Assembly: GCA_002189035.1 (NCBI GenBank)
Contig: NEEC01000012.1
Location: 2,604,001 to 2,668,000 of the forward strand
DNA from: Utricularia gibba
Taxonomy: Eukaryota > Plantae > Magnoliophyta
Direction: 5' to 3'
DNA: 64,000 bases
The position numbers were made by a program, and so were the translations under genes. The notes beneath the pieces were generated by a model. It ran no database searches and was not told where the DNA came from. It saw only the letters and a program-made list of their open reading frames with translations. Within the stretch, counting starts at the first letter, position 1. Each line of letters opens with the position of its first letter. Of this stretch, positions 39,021-52,821 are shown piece after piece.

Positions 39021-39507
39021 CTCACAAAAGATTGGTTCTTGATTGAATTCAATACGAAATCATGAACGCATCCTCGCGAATGGTGAGATCAGATCAGGAG
39101 TCCTACCGGCAACTGTCAAGTCATTTTTGCGACTATTCAGGTGTGGGTGGCGCAGTGCACCCACAACGAAATAATAGGCAATGCGCCACGACGAAATAGA
39201 TGTCAGATTGTGTCGGGATCCCTTTTTCTTTTTTTTTAACTTTTTTTCTTTTTTTATTAAAAGATTTACCACATTTTTTTGTTGCAATATTCGTATTAAT
39301 AAATAAAATAAAATTATATATATATCTTGTTGTTTTTTTCCTCGTGATGTCAGAAGTTTCCACTTATCACTGGTGTAGGCAAACCGAGTGCGTCTTCTAC
39401 CCCTGAGGGGAAAAACCGAGCAGAGGAAGAGGAAAGCCTTCTCCTTTCTCTCTGGTTCTGTAGCGCGTTGACGAATTCCGACTCTGTTCGAGTTATGCTA
39501 ACCGAAA

Positions 39508-41042
39508 ATGGCGTGCATTGATGCAGGAATCAGCACGTTAACGGAGTTTGGATTAGGAATGGGAGTGGGAATGGGATTTGGGGAGCCCGCCATTGATGCA
39601 GATAAACTCAGCTACGAGATTTTCTCCATTTTGGAGACTAGATTTCTGTTCGGTTACGATGGGGAAGCGTTTCAGAAGCCCAAGGACGTGGACCCGCCAG
39701 CGCCGCCGCTGATGGAGGAGGACGCCAGCGCGGAGAATAGTCAAAGGGGAAGGTTTGTGTTCTCAGTCTTGATGCTGGTGGGATGCGGGGGATTATTCCG
39801 GGGAAGGCTCTGGGTTATTTGGAAGAGGTGTTGAGGAGAAAATCGGGGAACCCGGAAGCGAGGATCGCCGATTATTTCGACGTCGTCGCCGGGACCGGAG
39901 TTGGGGGGATTTTCGCGGCGATGCTGGTAGCCGGGAAGACAAAAAAGTGTTTTGACGCGGATGATACGTGGAAGTTTCTAGCGGCGGAGGGGGATAAACT
40001 CTACGATTCGGTCAAGAAACGGGGCGGCTTTTTCAAACGGGCTTTCAAGAAATCACGTCCGTCGCCGACCGCCAGTTTGGAAAAAGTGTTCAAGGCAGCG
40101 TTCACGGAGGAGAAAACGGGGCGTTACTTGACGTTAAAAGACACCCTGAAACCGGTGTTGATCCCCTGCTATGACCTCTCCAGCGCGGCGCCGTTTCTGT
40201 TCTCACGCGCCGACGCACTGGAAAACGACGGCTACGATTTCAACCTATGGGAAATCTGCCTCGCCACGGCTGCGGAGCCCGGAGTATTCGATCCCATTAC
40301 AATGAAATCAATCGACGGGCTGACACGGTGTGTCGGCATTGCTGGCTCGGTTACGATGAGCAATCCCACCGCGGCGGCGATCACTCACGTCCTCCACAAC
40401 AAGGAGGAGTTCCCATTCGTCCGCGGCGTCGAGGACATTCTAGTCCTCTCACTCGGCACCGGCGGCCAACTTTTAGAAGGCAGCTTCGATTACGAGCAGG
40501 TCAAGAAATGGAAACGCAAAGATTGGGCACGGCCGTTAGCCCGAATCTCCAGCGACGGCGCCTGTGATCTCGTTGACCACGCCGTCGCCATGGCCTTCAG
40601 CCACAGCCGTAGCAGCAACTATGTCAGAGTCCAGGTAAACATAATCAAAACGCATTCTTTTCTGACTGTTAGATAGGAAAGGAAACCTTTTCATTTTCCT
40701 TCTCCTCCATCCTCCCTGCATTACTCCACCCTCCACTATTTTGTCGTTTCATCATGATTCATGATCATCTTTTCATTGCAGGCAATCGGGTCGGGTTTAG
40801 GGAGATGTGGGGTGCAATTGGACACGGATCCCAGTCAGAACAATGTGAAGATGTTAGTGGAAATGGGAGACAAAATGCTGAAGCAGAAGAATGTGGAATC
40901 AGTGCTTCTGGGAGGGAAGATCATCGGAGAAGAGACCAATGGGGAGAAACTGGAGCGGTTCGCTGAGAAGCTGGTGCAGGAGCATCTCAAAAGGGGTTCA
41001 AGAATCGCACCTACAGTTGCATTCAAGCAGCCTGCAAATTAA
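39508..41042 (+). CDS. Patatin-like phospholipase pPLA-III; apparent frameshift at 39746-39749
   Basis: DKLSYEIFSILETRFLFGY; (RGKVCVLSL)DAGGMRG after adding one G; non-canonical GTGVGG in place of GxSxG; intron 40635-40781. Confidence 0.9.
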
Positions 41043-41659
41043 ACAACTGATCCTCATCAGATCTTGCTACTACTCCACTGCTAGAAGTTAATAAGATTTG
41101 CATTGTAACTGATACAGATGGCAATGATCAAGAAACAGTCAAAAAAATGAAACAAGTATGTTCATCAAAAAGCTCTTTTTAGAGATGATGCTTTATCAGT
41201 TTTCTGATTAGGAACAGGGAACTGAAAACCACAATCAGCATAAATGACTGTGCAGTCTATGAATGTGTCATTTCCAACTGCAGAGGATGTATTGTCAGTT
41301 TTCTAGATGCTCTGAACCTCCTAATCTAATCTCTGGTGCATTTTTAAGCGAGGCCATAAAGATCAAAGCAACCACGTCACAAGTAGTGCTACTGAGTAGA
41401 GGAGAAATGTGCTTAGATTGAACAGGTTAATTGGGAAGGAAACATTTTGAGACAAGGGGGGCGTTGACGGTGACTACACTTGATGCCAACGCATGAAACT
41501 GTAAAAATGCTGCCCACTAACGCCACGCGGGTCCTGGCAGAAGGCAATGGGTGAGAAGGGGAGGGGAACAAGCACATCATTCATTCATGGCATTTAAAGC
41601 TCGGTTCTTTTGTGTTTTTCTTTCTGTCAAAGATCTCTTGCAGTAAAAACTGTACAGGA

Positions 41660-43666
41660 AGAGACAAAACGTTACCTGGTGTGGGAAGTAGTCATCGATA
41701 AACTGTGAAGAAAACTGTTCTTCAGGTAAGCTGCTGGGGATACATTTCTTACGTGTCAATAATTTGGTTGGGAGTAGGGGTCCTCTTATTTTCTGGCACT
41801 ATAGAATGTAGCAAAGAGAGTACACGCCAAATCAGTAACCGACAACAATCTCCAGCTTCTCAGATTAGGTGGGAAGGAAGCTCTGCACAAGTAGAACACC
41901 AAGACTGGTACAAGTGAATGTGTCTTTACATTCACCTTACCGCAGCTTGAACACATAACAGCCATGTGATGGAACCTGCAATGAAATGAGGCTAATGCAT
42001 CAAAAGTTGAATAGAGGCCTATGTTGCACGACGCGGGAATCATGAGGCTCTCTTAGAAAGAACGATGATGGGCATGATCAGTTGAAGTGGAACCTGAAGT
42101 ATTTCAATAGGAGCTTATTAATAAGATCAACAGGAACTCAATAAAGCTAGCTATCTGAATGTTTTCTTTTAGCATTCTTGAGCGTAGCAAGCAACCATGT
42201 ATTTTCATGTGAAGGAAGAATATCTCATGCTTTAGACACACTTGATTTGCACAGAGGGGATACTAGGAAAAAATTAGCAGTATGGTATCTCTGGATATTC
42301 GCCAAGGAATAGATCACACTCACAAAAGAACATAAACAATGTGAATAATACAGAGAACAGCTGACGTGACAGTAGCCTCAGTCGTTGTGATTCATCGATG
42401 CTCCTGCGTATGGAAACTGTCATGCTCACAACCAGTACCTAGAATACGAAATCAGAATGCATCCTCCCCTGCATTCCACTGTGAACGCGAATCGTCTTGT
42501 TTCAATAAGTATACCTCATGACTCGAGACAAGTCTGCTTCAAGTTGATCAAATATGGTGAACCAGAGCAACTGAGAAGATAAGCATGCGAGAAAGACAGA
42601 GAAAGAGAAGGTGGAAGAAGAAAAAACTCTTTTCAAATAACAGAGAATGCAAAATGGAGCTCCTTACAAAAGAAATTTTGAACAACGCGGGTGACACCCT
42701 TAACTCCCTGACAGAGTCAATGGCAGCAATCATTTTGTTCAGCATGTTCAGGGTGTGGAAATCAAAATATATGATGAAAGTGTGTGGTGCACCAAATGAA
42801 AATCATGTGCATGTACAATAATCATGCGTGTCTCTGGACATCTAACCCTGTAACAGCTCAACAAGGAGTAGGAAGGGACCCATGTACTCATTTTGATACA
42901 CCTGGAAAACGAAAACTAGGATGGAGCTAGAACCTCTACATTGAAGATAGTAACCAAACAAAATCAATATATCTCAGCTGCTGTAGGCGAAGAACCAAAT
43001 TAACAGGCTGGGGAACCTTGTGAAATATTGAAACGTAAGCAATGATCCCCTATGAAAAGCATTTGACAAAGTCTAATTCATATTCTCACCAAGTTCCAAC
43101 ATAACAGTCATAAATTCAATATCATATAGGTATACCTGCACTGATCTCACAGGCATCTGCATAAGATGGTCTATGAGCGACTGGCGTTTTTAAACAGGGT
43201 ACTTTATGTAGTCGAGAAAGAACCTGTGATCAATGAATGCACAGACGCTACTGCTATTGTTCACCATCTATAAAGAATCGGTTTTCCAATTCAGTCATTT
43301 CAGTTAGAGTGCATGATCCACACCTCATTTGTTAGAGCTTCCATGTAGACAAGGAGTTTTAAAAATTCAAACTTTAACGCTTAAGCACCAAATAGCAGGT
43401 ACAACATTAAAAGAAGATGTCAACGGTGTCAAATTTGTTAGAGCATTCATCCTCATGAACCTAACGAATTTCCGGTAGAGCTCCATCAACAATCTGTGAT
43501 GCTATTTGGAAGTGCCAGTCTCTTTTCTAGCACTAGAACTTCTGCTCTCACGGGGGAATCAATTAAAATTCAAACAGAAAAGATATCAATAACACAGAAA
43601 GAACACAAGGGTATCACCACAGTGTGCTGCATCATATCATTCCTTCCAGTATGGAAACACGTCTAA
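41660..43666 (-). CDS. Unidentified multi-exon gene (tentative model)
   Basis: A series of short GT-AG-bounded segments can be joined as LLMELYRKFVR|FFLDYIKYPV*KRQSLIDHLMQMPVRSVQ|GIIAYVSIFHK|VYQNEYMGPFLLLVELLQ. Family not recognised; ends uncertain. Confidence 0.35.
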
Positions 43667-45509
43667 ATCCCAAGACTAGCATACGAATTCCCATACGAAA
43701 AATTCTATATTTTGATTGTTTTATCAAGATTAAACGGTGCCAGCAGCCTGCACTTGCAATAAAAAGACAACTTTCTTATGAAATCACTGACTGAACACAC
43801 AAACTTTTGTCATTCCAAGAACATTCTCTCGTTTTCAGTTGAATAAATCCCGATTCAATTAAATTGAAAAAACAACTGCATTGTTGGGTTTTGTTGCGTT
43901 GAAGCCCCGCCACGACAGTAGCCATTTGTGCCGCTGACAAAAACACATTTCCTGAGACTCAACACATGATTTTTCAGACATTTTTACTCATGAACATTCA
44001 CTATTTCACCCTAACCCCACCAATTTAACCACTTGGACCACCACCCCTTCTTCCCTCAAGGACAGATAATGAAATCCCAAATCAAGAAGAAATTTCCCGT
44101 TGCAAATGGTAAAAAAATCTACAACCAAGTGGGTAACCTGAGTCATTCCCAGGGTAACAAAAAACATCAACAACCATCGCAAACCCACCACTTATCTCGC
44201 ACACCACTCCGCAAGAGAAGAAAACATCATTCATCTGATATCATCACAGGTAGAACGTGATCGAACCCATCAACCAAGTGGCAATTCCACCAGTTGGGTG
44301 GCCGCAAAACATCGATACCATCGATTCCACTACCCAATCCACTGGGTCAGAAATCTCACATTTCCAATCAAACGAGTTTCTACAATTACGCGACGTGGGC
44401 ACGCAAAGCACCCTTCGATACCAATCTTTGACACAAGAGAAGCACAAACAAACCATAAAGATTCAAAAATCTTGTAGAAAAGAAGACGAGTGCGGCAACC
44501 CAGTTCCTGTGTGCATCCCTCAGCCTCTCTGTCGTGATACGTACGTGCAAATGCCGTCCATCTCATGCGACCATGTGCACGCACACAGAGAAAGCAAAAT
44601 AATGATTTTAAAATTACATATATTATTTTTAAATGAAAAAAGGACGAAAATATTGATTTTAAACGTGGTCCTGCAACCAACCAAGTTTTTTTAAAAAAAA
44701 ATACTAAAAAGGAATTTCGACAAAATTAATTCTTTTATTCTCAATTGAAAAATAAAATAAATATCGGATATTATATAATAATATTATAATATTAAAGAAA
44801 AAATATTGCCGGAGGCGGGGGATCTGAATTCCGAAGGCCGGCCAACATCCGTTCCGTTAACATTGGCGTTAGGTTTCAGGGACGTCCTCTCTGACATGCT
44901 CTCTGACTGATTCCCTACCACTTTCCGACGGCCCGGATTTTGCCCACATGCCGAGCTTTTCGATCTGCGCCGTCCATCTGAATCGGACACCCCCGCATAC
45001 ATCCACCTGCTCAGCGGCTTTCGGATTCTACTCGAAACTGCTGAACTGGTAACCGGGAAGTGAAAAAAGTGCTGCGGTGAAGCTTCCGTTCCTTCATACC
45101 GGATCTTTTCACGTGCAGTAAAAAAAGGGGAGGAAACGAACAATTTCACTTACCGCAGTCAATGTACATTCGCAGTAAAGGTGGATGTTGATCGCAGAAT
45201 GCAAGTTAGCAGTAAATGAAATGGAACCAAGACCGAAGGTCTGCACATCGGGAATTGGGCGTCGCTTGTGGAGCTTTCATGTAGATCCCTCAGACCAAGT
45301 AATAAGCAAACAAAACTACGGGTAAGTTGTAAAGATCGATTCTTTGATGAGATCCGAGCTCTGGATCTGTCATGTGTTTCGAACACTAGGGTGAACTGAA
45401 GAGCTATTCCATTGCATCTGCACAAAGTGGGAACCTACCTTCTTCTTCTCCGATGCACCGGGTGTTGAAACCAACACCGGAAAATGCCATCTTTGAAGCA
45501 TAAAGGGAT

Positions 45510-45605
45510 AGCATATATGCTTGGCTCCTCATACGCCATCCATAGAAATCCATAGAAGCTATTCAATGGGTTCTGCGTATGGCATACAGGGAGCCAGGCA
45601 TATTC
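45510..45605 (-). ncRNA. MIR160: MIR160 precursor hairpin
   Basis: Minus strand 45600-45580 is the exact mature miR160 TGCCTGGCTCCCTGTATGCCA; star GCGTATGAGGAGCCAAGCATA at 45536-45516 pairs with it across a ~43-nt loop. Confidence 0.96.
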
Positions 45606-48384
45606 GTATTCAAACCCTCCACACACATATGGAGATTGCGATGTCTTCATTCTTTAAGTTTGCTGCTGTCAGGAACAAGCCAATGGTTAAAATTAGGGAT
45701 TAGGGCAAGAAGAAAACCATCAGATTCCATTTCGAGCAAGAGGAAGAAACCTCAACAACCCTCTTCACTGCACCCAAAAACCCAGAAGAAGAACAATGGG
45801 AAAATATGCACCAGAAGAAGAAGAAGAAGGTTAGGTTTGTGAGATGATGAGAATTCGGTTGCCCACTAAATATAGACTAAGTCACAGCACAGAGACCACA
45901 CTGTTTTTCTTGTGATATTCATTTTTTTTATTGGGGTATTTAATTAAATTATTCACGCAATTTCCGAAGCAAAGTTTTTGAAATCTTCTTTTTCTGGGTC
46001 GTAAAGCGAGGGTTGCTTTTCCCTTCTGAATCCACTTTGTCTTGGAGTGTTTGGACAACATTGATTCCCCTTCTTCTCTCATTTCCACCTTCCTTGTGAA
46101 GAATAATATTCTCCTCTTGTTTGTTTTTGGAGGGTGTGTGCCCTTTACAAAAGGAAAATAACTCTACCACTGATGTCTGATTTTGAACCATGTTTACTTA
46201 GTCTGGTTCTTTCAAATCTTGTCGAAACCTTCTCGTCTATTGGCACAAGGCTCGAAAAGAATGAATCCCACAATTCAAATCCATCTTCTGAAACTGTATC
46301 TTATCCCAAACCTAATTTCGGGTTTACAATGATGATGCAACAACCACTGGTGTCTCTGTCTTCTTCTCTCTTTATCTTCGTTTGCTTGTTGTGATTCGCA
46401 GAAGACCTTTCACAGCATCAAAATTCTCTAGCCCGTCTCACCCCTCAGTAACTTGCACTTTCCACTCTTGAAACATACCCTTATTTGCAATGAGATGAAT
46501 TCATGGAGGGTGTCTGGTATTAGGGCTTCTGCGCATTCATCAGACTTTGTGTGACTGTGATGTTTAGGGTTTAGTTTCAAGGATTTGATTAGGGTTCATG
46601 AGGAATTAATCTAGAAAGATAGAGAGTAGGTTTAGAGAATGCATTAGGTGCGAATCCAGACTTGACAAGTGGAAAGAGATGGGGTGGTGTCTTTTAGCTA
46701 ATAGGAGTGAATCCAGTTCTTTTTTCCTCAGGGCACTGTGCTATTCTCCCAAGTTGCTCAATATCTTACACGTACGTTTCTCTGAATTGCTTCTGTCGCT
46801 TGTACCATCTTTTCTCTCATGCTACAGAAACTGGGTAATATACAAGATCAGTAAAAACAATGGAGAAAACGATGGAATGGGTTTGTGGGGTGCCTCCCTG
46901 ACCCTGAGAGCGATGTGCAGATCCTAAGCTAACTGCATCACAAAAGCCTAAACCACAACAACCCCATCGGGTTACATGAAGGTTGCAGCATTCCCTCTCC
47001 CTTCATTCCATTAACACACACTAAGCTTCTGGTTCTGAGTAACTGAACTTGGATCAGATCTCTCATCTTAGCTGTTGAGGAACCTGCAAATGCCTCACAT
47101 CCACTCTTCTATGTCAATGATTTCGCACTGGAATTGGAATTGAAGATTAACACAAACACACACACACCAGATCTCGTATGCCAATGGTGATGAGCTTCTA
47201 TTACCACCCAAAACGAGGTATCCAGACATGTATCTGCAACCCATTCTCAGGAATCTAGATGACGAAAAGGGAGGGGAAGGGGGTAATCAAGAAACCCTAA
47301 TGAGCAGGAAATGAAGGTGGAGGGAGCCGAATCTTGGGGTGTCAATATTCAGAGAAGCCAGTCCCGGAGGGTTGGCATCAATGACAACTCCACCCACCTT
47401 CATCCGTCGCCATTGCCTAACCACCCTCTTCCTTCCCGATCAGGACGTCTCCTACAACTGCCTCTGGATTCAGCTCTTTTTTTAATCCATCGTCTCTCCA
47501 CCCCAAATCAGACAAATCAAAACCAAAAGGTGGAATAGTACATTTTCTTATTCGTCGGTGTTGTTCTTGCTTTTCAGGGAAGGATCGGATCTGAGATCCG
47601 CCATTTCCAGGGCTTCGTGAAATCCTCCTACGCACCAAGATTTGTACTATCTCCACGTCCAACCCGACACCCGATGTCTTGCTACTGCTGCTGCGTGTGC
47701 TGGGCTTCGTGTCTGTAGCATTGTCCGCACACTTTTCACAGAGAATCATCTCGCTTTTCCCAGCATGACTTCACGCCGTGGTGAGATTTAAATAAATACA
47801 TAAAATTAAATTAAAATTACGAAAAATGTTAGAATAGAAGCCGCCTGTGTTATTTGTCTGAATTTTAAAACGTGTTTGAGGATTCAATTAATAATATGGT
47901 AAAAGTGTAAATAAACTATGGGCCAGATCCTTTTGATCTGGGCCATCTCATTATCCGTACAATATGGGCCAATGGGTGAGAAATCCAAACACAGCAAATA
48001 GCCCAGCCCAATCCGGTTACCGGCTTAACGAACCATGTTCCAACAACGTTAAATATAAATTTTATTCATGTTTATTTATTTAAATTCAATGAGTTACATA
48101 AATGCCACAAGGAAGGATGCCAAAACAACCTCAAATAAATCTAAGATCGGTTATGAATGGAAAAGATGATGAAATTAAGTAGATTGACTACATAAAATTT
48201 ATAAGGGTCTTTTTTTATGCACGACAAATGATATTTGATAGTAATTTCAAAGTTCACCGTGTTTGACCTAAAGTAAATTAAGAATGGATGACCTCATGGA
48301 AATTATACCAAATGTGAGAAAAACGTAAAACCGTAAAAGTACATTATCATAATCTATATTGAAATAAACAATTTATTTAATTTT

Positions 48385-48576
48385 TTTAAAAAATTTATTT
48401 TCATTAGAAATAGTTATTAAAATTGTTTTCATACCCACTCAACCAAATAAACCAAAAATTATCTCGTAAAAATTAAGATTGATTTAAAAAATTTATTTTC
48501 ATTAGAAATAGTTATTAAAATTTTTTCATACCAACTCAACCAAATAAACCAAAAATCTCGTAAAAATTAAGATTGA
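48385..48576. repeat. Near-perfect AT-rich tandem duplication (98 + 94 bp)
   Basis: Units 48385-48482 and 48483-48576 differ only by small indels and a substitution. Confidence 0.88.
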
Positions 48577-48754
48577 TTTAATTAACAGTAAACTACATTA
48601 GGGATTTGACTTTTGGGATGGATTTTTAAGATTAAAAAACTTAATTAAAGGCAATTAATTAACTAGTGATCATGTTTGCAATTGCAATTCCTTGGTGTTT
48701 TTACATCGGGAAAGCACAGGGCATATGTTGAGAGTTGAGACATGGAGCACGGTT

Positions 48755-49710
48755 TCAGGGCAAAATGGATCTGGGGATGATGATGTCGCCGATGTTGTTG
48801 TGCCATGGATCACTCAAATGGGTCGCCAAGTTCTCCAATGGCCCGGTTCCTGGATATGCCGATTGCTGCACTGCGAATCCCACAACTGCCAGCAGCGCAA
48901 GACGACCTGCCGGAAAAGATGGGGGGGGGGGGGTTCGGTCACCAGGATCCAATGTATGATGCTGTGATGTGAAGGAAGCGAAGCGTACCGTTCTTGATCT
49001 CCTTCACTTTGTACTCTTGGAGCTTTTGGGGGTCCTTGGAGAAGCCCAAGGGGTCGAAAGCTCCACCGGGGTACTTCTTCTTTTCTGTATCTTTCTCGAT
49101 GCTTCTCTGATGCTCAACGAAGGCGATGGCTAGGAACTCGATGACTAAAATGGTGGGGAGAGTGCCCCACGGAACAGGGTTGCCCAGGTAAGTGGCCTGC
49201 CCGCCGGGAACTGCTGCCCATTCCTGGGCCTTGACCCAGTTGCCCAATCCCAAAGCTTCGGGCAACAAGATTCCAGGCTGCGAAAGGGGATGATTCAGCC
49301 CTAGAATTTGAAATTGAAATTGCTGAGGGTGGGGATTCGGAAGGCACTTACGACGGCAAGCATTGCCCATCGGCAATGAATCAGCTCCGATTCCTTGTAT
49401 CTCTCTAGGTTTTCAGGGACTTCTCCGAAACCGAGTGGATCGAAACCGAAATCTCTGAAGTAACGCAAATTAGACCTTTAACTACACCCGAAAACGATGA
49501 AAAGAAGAGAATAACTGTGATCTACCCGGGAGCAGAGCCGTCGAGGTAGGGAGGGCGATCAGATCCAGGAAACCACTCCGCGGACATGACGAATCGCGAT
49601 GAGTTGCATGTGACGCCGAAGGATTTCGCTGTGGCATATTTGGACTTGGCGGAGAGGAAGGAGGGGCACACGGCGCCGACGCCGCAACTTATCAACGCGT
49701 TGGTGGCCAT
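48755..49710 (-). CDS. LHCA1: Photosystem I light-harvesting chlorophyll a/b protein Lhca1, 4 exons
   Basis: [20 protein letters not shown]|[23 protein letters not shown]|[23 protein letters not shown]|[17 protein letters not shown]. Confidence 0.95.
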
Positions 49711-50139
49711 GATCTCCTTCAGATCGATCGGAAAAAAAACAGACAACTCTAGTGGTTGAAGAAACAGAGGAGCGAGTGAATTTGTAGACAGGCGCCAAGA
49801 TATTTGCAAATCCCATTCTTTTACTCTATTGGTCCATGATTTTGGCCCCTTTCTTCTTATTGGTCCACGTGTATGCACGCTATCCAATCCTATGGCTCAG
49901 ATTCAAGATCACTCCATCCGCTTCTCACTCCCTTCTGTACAGTCAGAATGGTTCGTCAATAATTTTTATTTTTAAATATATATTTACATATATTTTTAAT
50001 AACGAATATTTATTTTAAAGAAATATTTTTTAATCTAATACAATTAATTAAAAAATTAAAAGTTTTTTTAAAGAAAATTGTAAAGTTTCAATTTTAAAAG
50101 AATGAAGAACATGAAGGGCGTCATCCAAAGGGAAGGAGA

Positions 50140-52821
50140 CTATGGTCTCTGATCTCGGGAAGTTCTGAAGGAGATGCTGTCGATGCTGATCTCCGTTTGG
50201 CGGGGCGGATCCGACCCGTTATGCTCCGGCGAGTCTTCCACTTCCATTCGGATCTCCCTGTTGTTGCTCCACTGGAACCCGCCGTGGCTCGGAGAAGTTG
50301 ATGCCCCCTCGCCATAAGCTATGTATCCGCCGTCAGCGCTGTTCTCATGGTAGCCCTTGTGTGGCCTTGCAGCAGATACGCCGGCGACATTCTCGCGTCG
50401 AGCGGCGAGGCGGGGCGGCTGGAAAACGGCGTGGCGCTAGTGGATGCGTTCCCATGCTTCGTCTGCTTCTTAGCTGCCTTGTGCCAACTCCTCAGAGCAG
50501 TTGCGACGCCGTCTCCGAATATTGTCGGCTTCAGGTTCGATCCCATCTGATGATTCGCGTTTACAGAAAGTTCAGATACAGGATACTGTCTTGTTCTATA
50601 GGAGAAGCTTTTGAAAGCAGGTTTGGGGAAGATACCTGAGTGACTAAAGCGTAGAGAGGGAGGGTGACATAGCTGCACAGAACTTGAATCACGACGCTGC
50701 AAAATGAAGCACAGTTTGAGTTTCAGTTTCATGGAGAATGTGTCGAGCTCTGTTACAGAGAACTTACCCCATTGTGATCCGGATGACTATGTCTGCAACG
50801 TTTTCGTGATAGCAGGATGGGAAGCGGTACTCGTACTGCAACAGAAGAGTGGAATCCATCAATGGAGATGTCCACAGGATGGAGCTTTTTCATTACAGAA
50901 ACTTACCACACTCCAAGCTAGGAAAGCGAGTTGGAAGGCGTTCTGGAAGAGAACTAAGTGAATCAAGAAGAGCATGAGCTTGGGGCGGTTGAACCAGAAG
51001 AGATCATCTCCAGGCTGAACAACTGGAGTTCCCTTGATCACAGCGCCACTCTCAAGGATTCTTGTTCCCATTTTCGTTATGTTGACTTGCAGCTTTGTGC
51101 CCACCAACAGAAGTATCTGCAGGTTTATTGAAAGAAAATCAGATTCAGCATTCTCATCTTGCAGATCTGGTGAAGAAAATGCAACAGTCTAGTGTACTCA
51201 CAATCAAGGGAATGAAGGGCAACCAGTACTCTGAATACCACCCTGTTCCACAAACAAAAGCAGATTAAGAAGGATTGCAGCAGCAGCGGTTTTTGGATGA
51301 GGGATTTGCAGAACTTTGAAGTAACTCACCATGGGTGTTGGTGAGGAGGAACAGGAGCGCAGATGCCCATAATGCAGGGCTGGAAGCAAACCCATTTTGA
51401 ATTAGGAACAGACAGTTATAGGAACGAAGAAGACAACAGACAGAAGAGAATCGAAGAAGAAACCTTATTCCGACAATGGTTTTGAAATCTTCTTCTAATG
51501 ATTTGCCGATATACTTGTGAAAATCGAAGGAAGCTTGACTGTGAGGAGGTAGATGCGCCTGAAGAACATTGTATCGTGATCATCTGTTGGTAAAACGCAA
51601 AGGGAATTACATTGTTAACGCCGGAACCCTAATCGATCGCTTACAGTGATGAACCCATGTCTGAGAGTGAGGTAATCTACTTTCGCAACCGATGTGAAGA
51701 ATTGCCTGAAGAACGAAACCTGTTGAAGCAAAGTTTCGAATTTCTGAGAATCTGAAAGAGGGCACCCATTATTATCACCGGCAACAGAAAAAGAAAAGAC
51801 TTACGATCCATAGAATCACTCGTGATTTGCTCCATGAGTGCAGGTGTCTCCGCCCAAATGAAGTATCTCTCGCGAATCTGAATCTCTCTGGGTCTTCAAG
51901 AATTCAAAAGAATTAGCAACTGGGTATGATTTAGTTGCAGAAAAGCTGGTAACTTTGCGGAAAATACTACTCACCATTAAGGTACTGGTACTCAACTGTC
52001 TTTGTTTCGTCTTCCCAAGATCGCCATCTCCTTATCTGAATACAGAAACATCGTTAAAAAACTTCTCAAAATCTCAGAAACAAAACAGAGCAAGATGATG
52101 AAATGGAGATAAGATCGCAATTAACATACCTTCATCCTTCCCAAGCCGTAAGTAAGAACACAGTAAGCGATATGAGCGATAGCCAACATGAAGATGAAGA
52201 TATGAAACTGGTGTATTCCATATGCAGAAACTAACTGCTCCAATCCCTGAAAAAAGTTGAGCAAAAACCCAGTTAGCATCAAGCTCCAAAAATGCGATCT
52301 TTATTACTTCGTTTACTCACCCTTGCCAGACAAGGATCCTCGTACTCGCTGTCATGGTTTTCTTCGTCTATCCTACAGGGATGCCAAGAATGCGCAACGC
52401 GTCTTTCCACACAAAGCCCAGATAAGGGCTCTTGCGCCACGGTCAACAGAAACGAGATGCATCCCATAAGCATAAGCTCTGCACACACGATCAGTTCAGA
52501 TTAAGCATAATTAGAGAAAGATTAGAGGCTAGATAAGATCGATTTCTCAAAACTCACCCATCGTGATCTTCTGCAGAGCCTCATATAGAGATACCTTCTT
52601 CTTTTTCTTCAACCACTGCAAAAATGGAGCAAGCGAACTCATTAGTGACGACTGATGACACAGAAAATGGCGGTTTCAGATCACAGATTTTAAAGAAACC
52701 CAAGTACCGATCCCAGGTGATGAAAGAGCTGCTCGATGGCAATAGATATCACGACCAAAACAAGACAAACGGACGCGACGGCCCATGTGGGAGTTCTTTC
52801 CAACGATCTCTCCGACGGCAT
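50140..52821 (-). CDS. MLO: MLO family seven-transmembrane protein; apparent frameshift at ~50363-50366 in the C-terminal tail
   Basis: [74 protein letters not shown] and the CaM-binding [11 protein letters not shown]. The shifted tail ends [12 protein letters not shown] at 50140. Confidence 0.92.

Noticed and set aside
44784-45149. 121-aa Ser/Arg-rich minus-strand ORF downstream of MIR160
   Set aside because: GTG start overlapping a splice donor; no motif; more likely part of the pri-miRNA 3' region.
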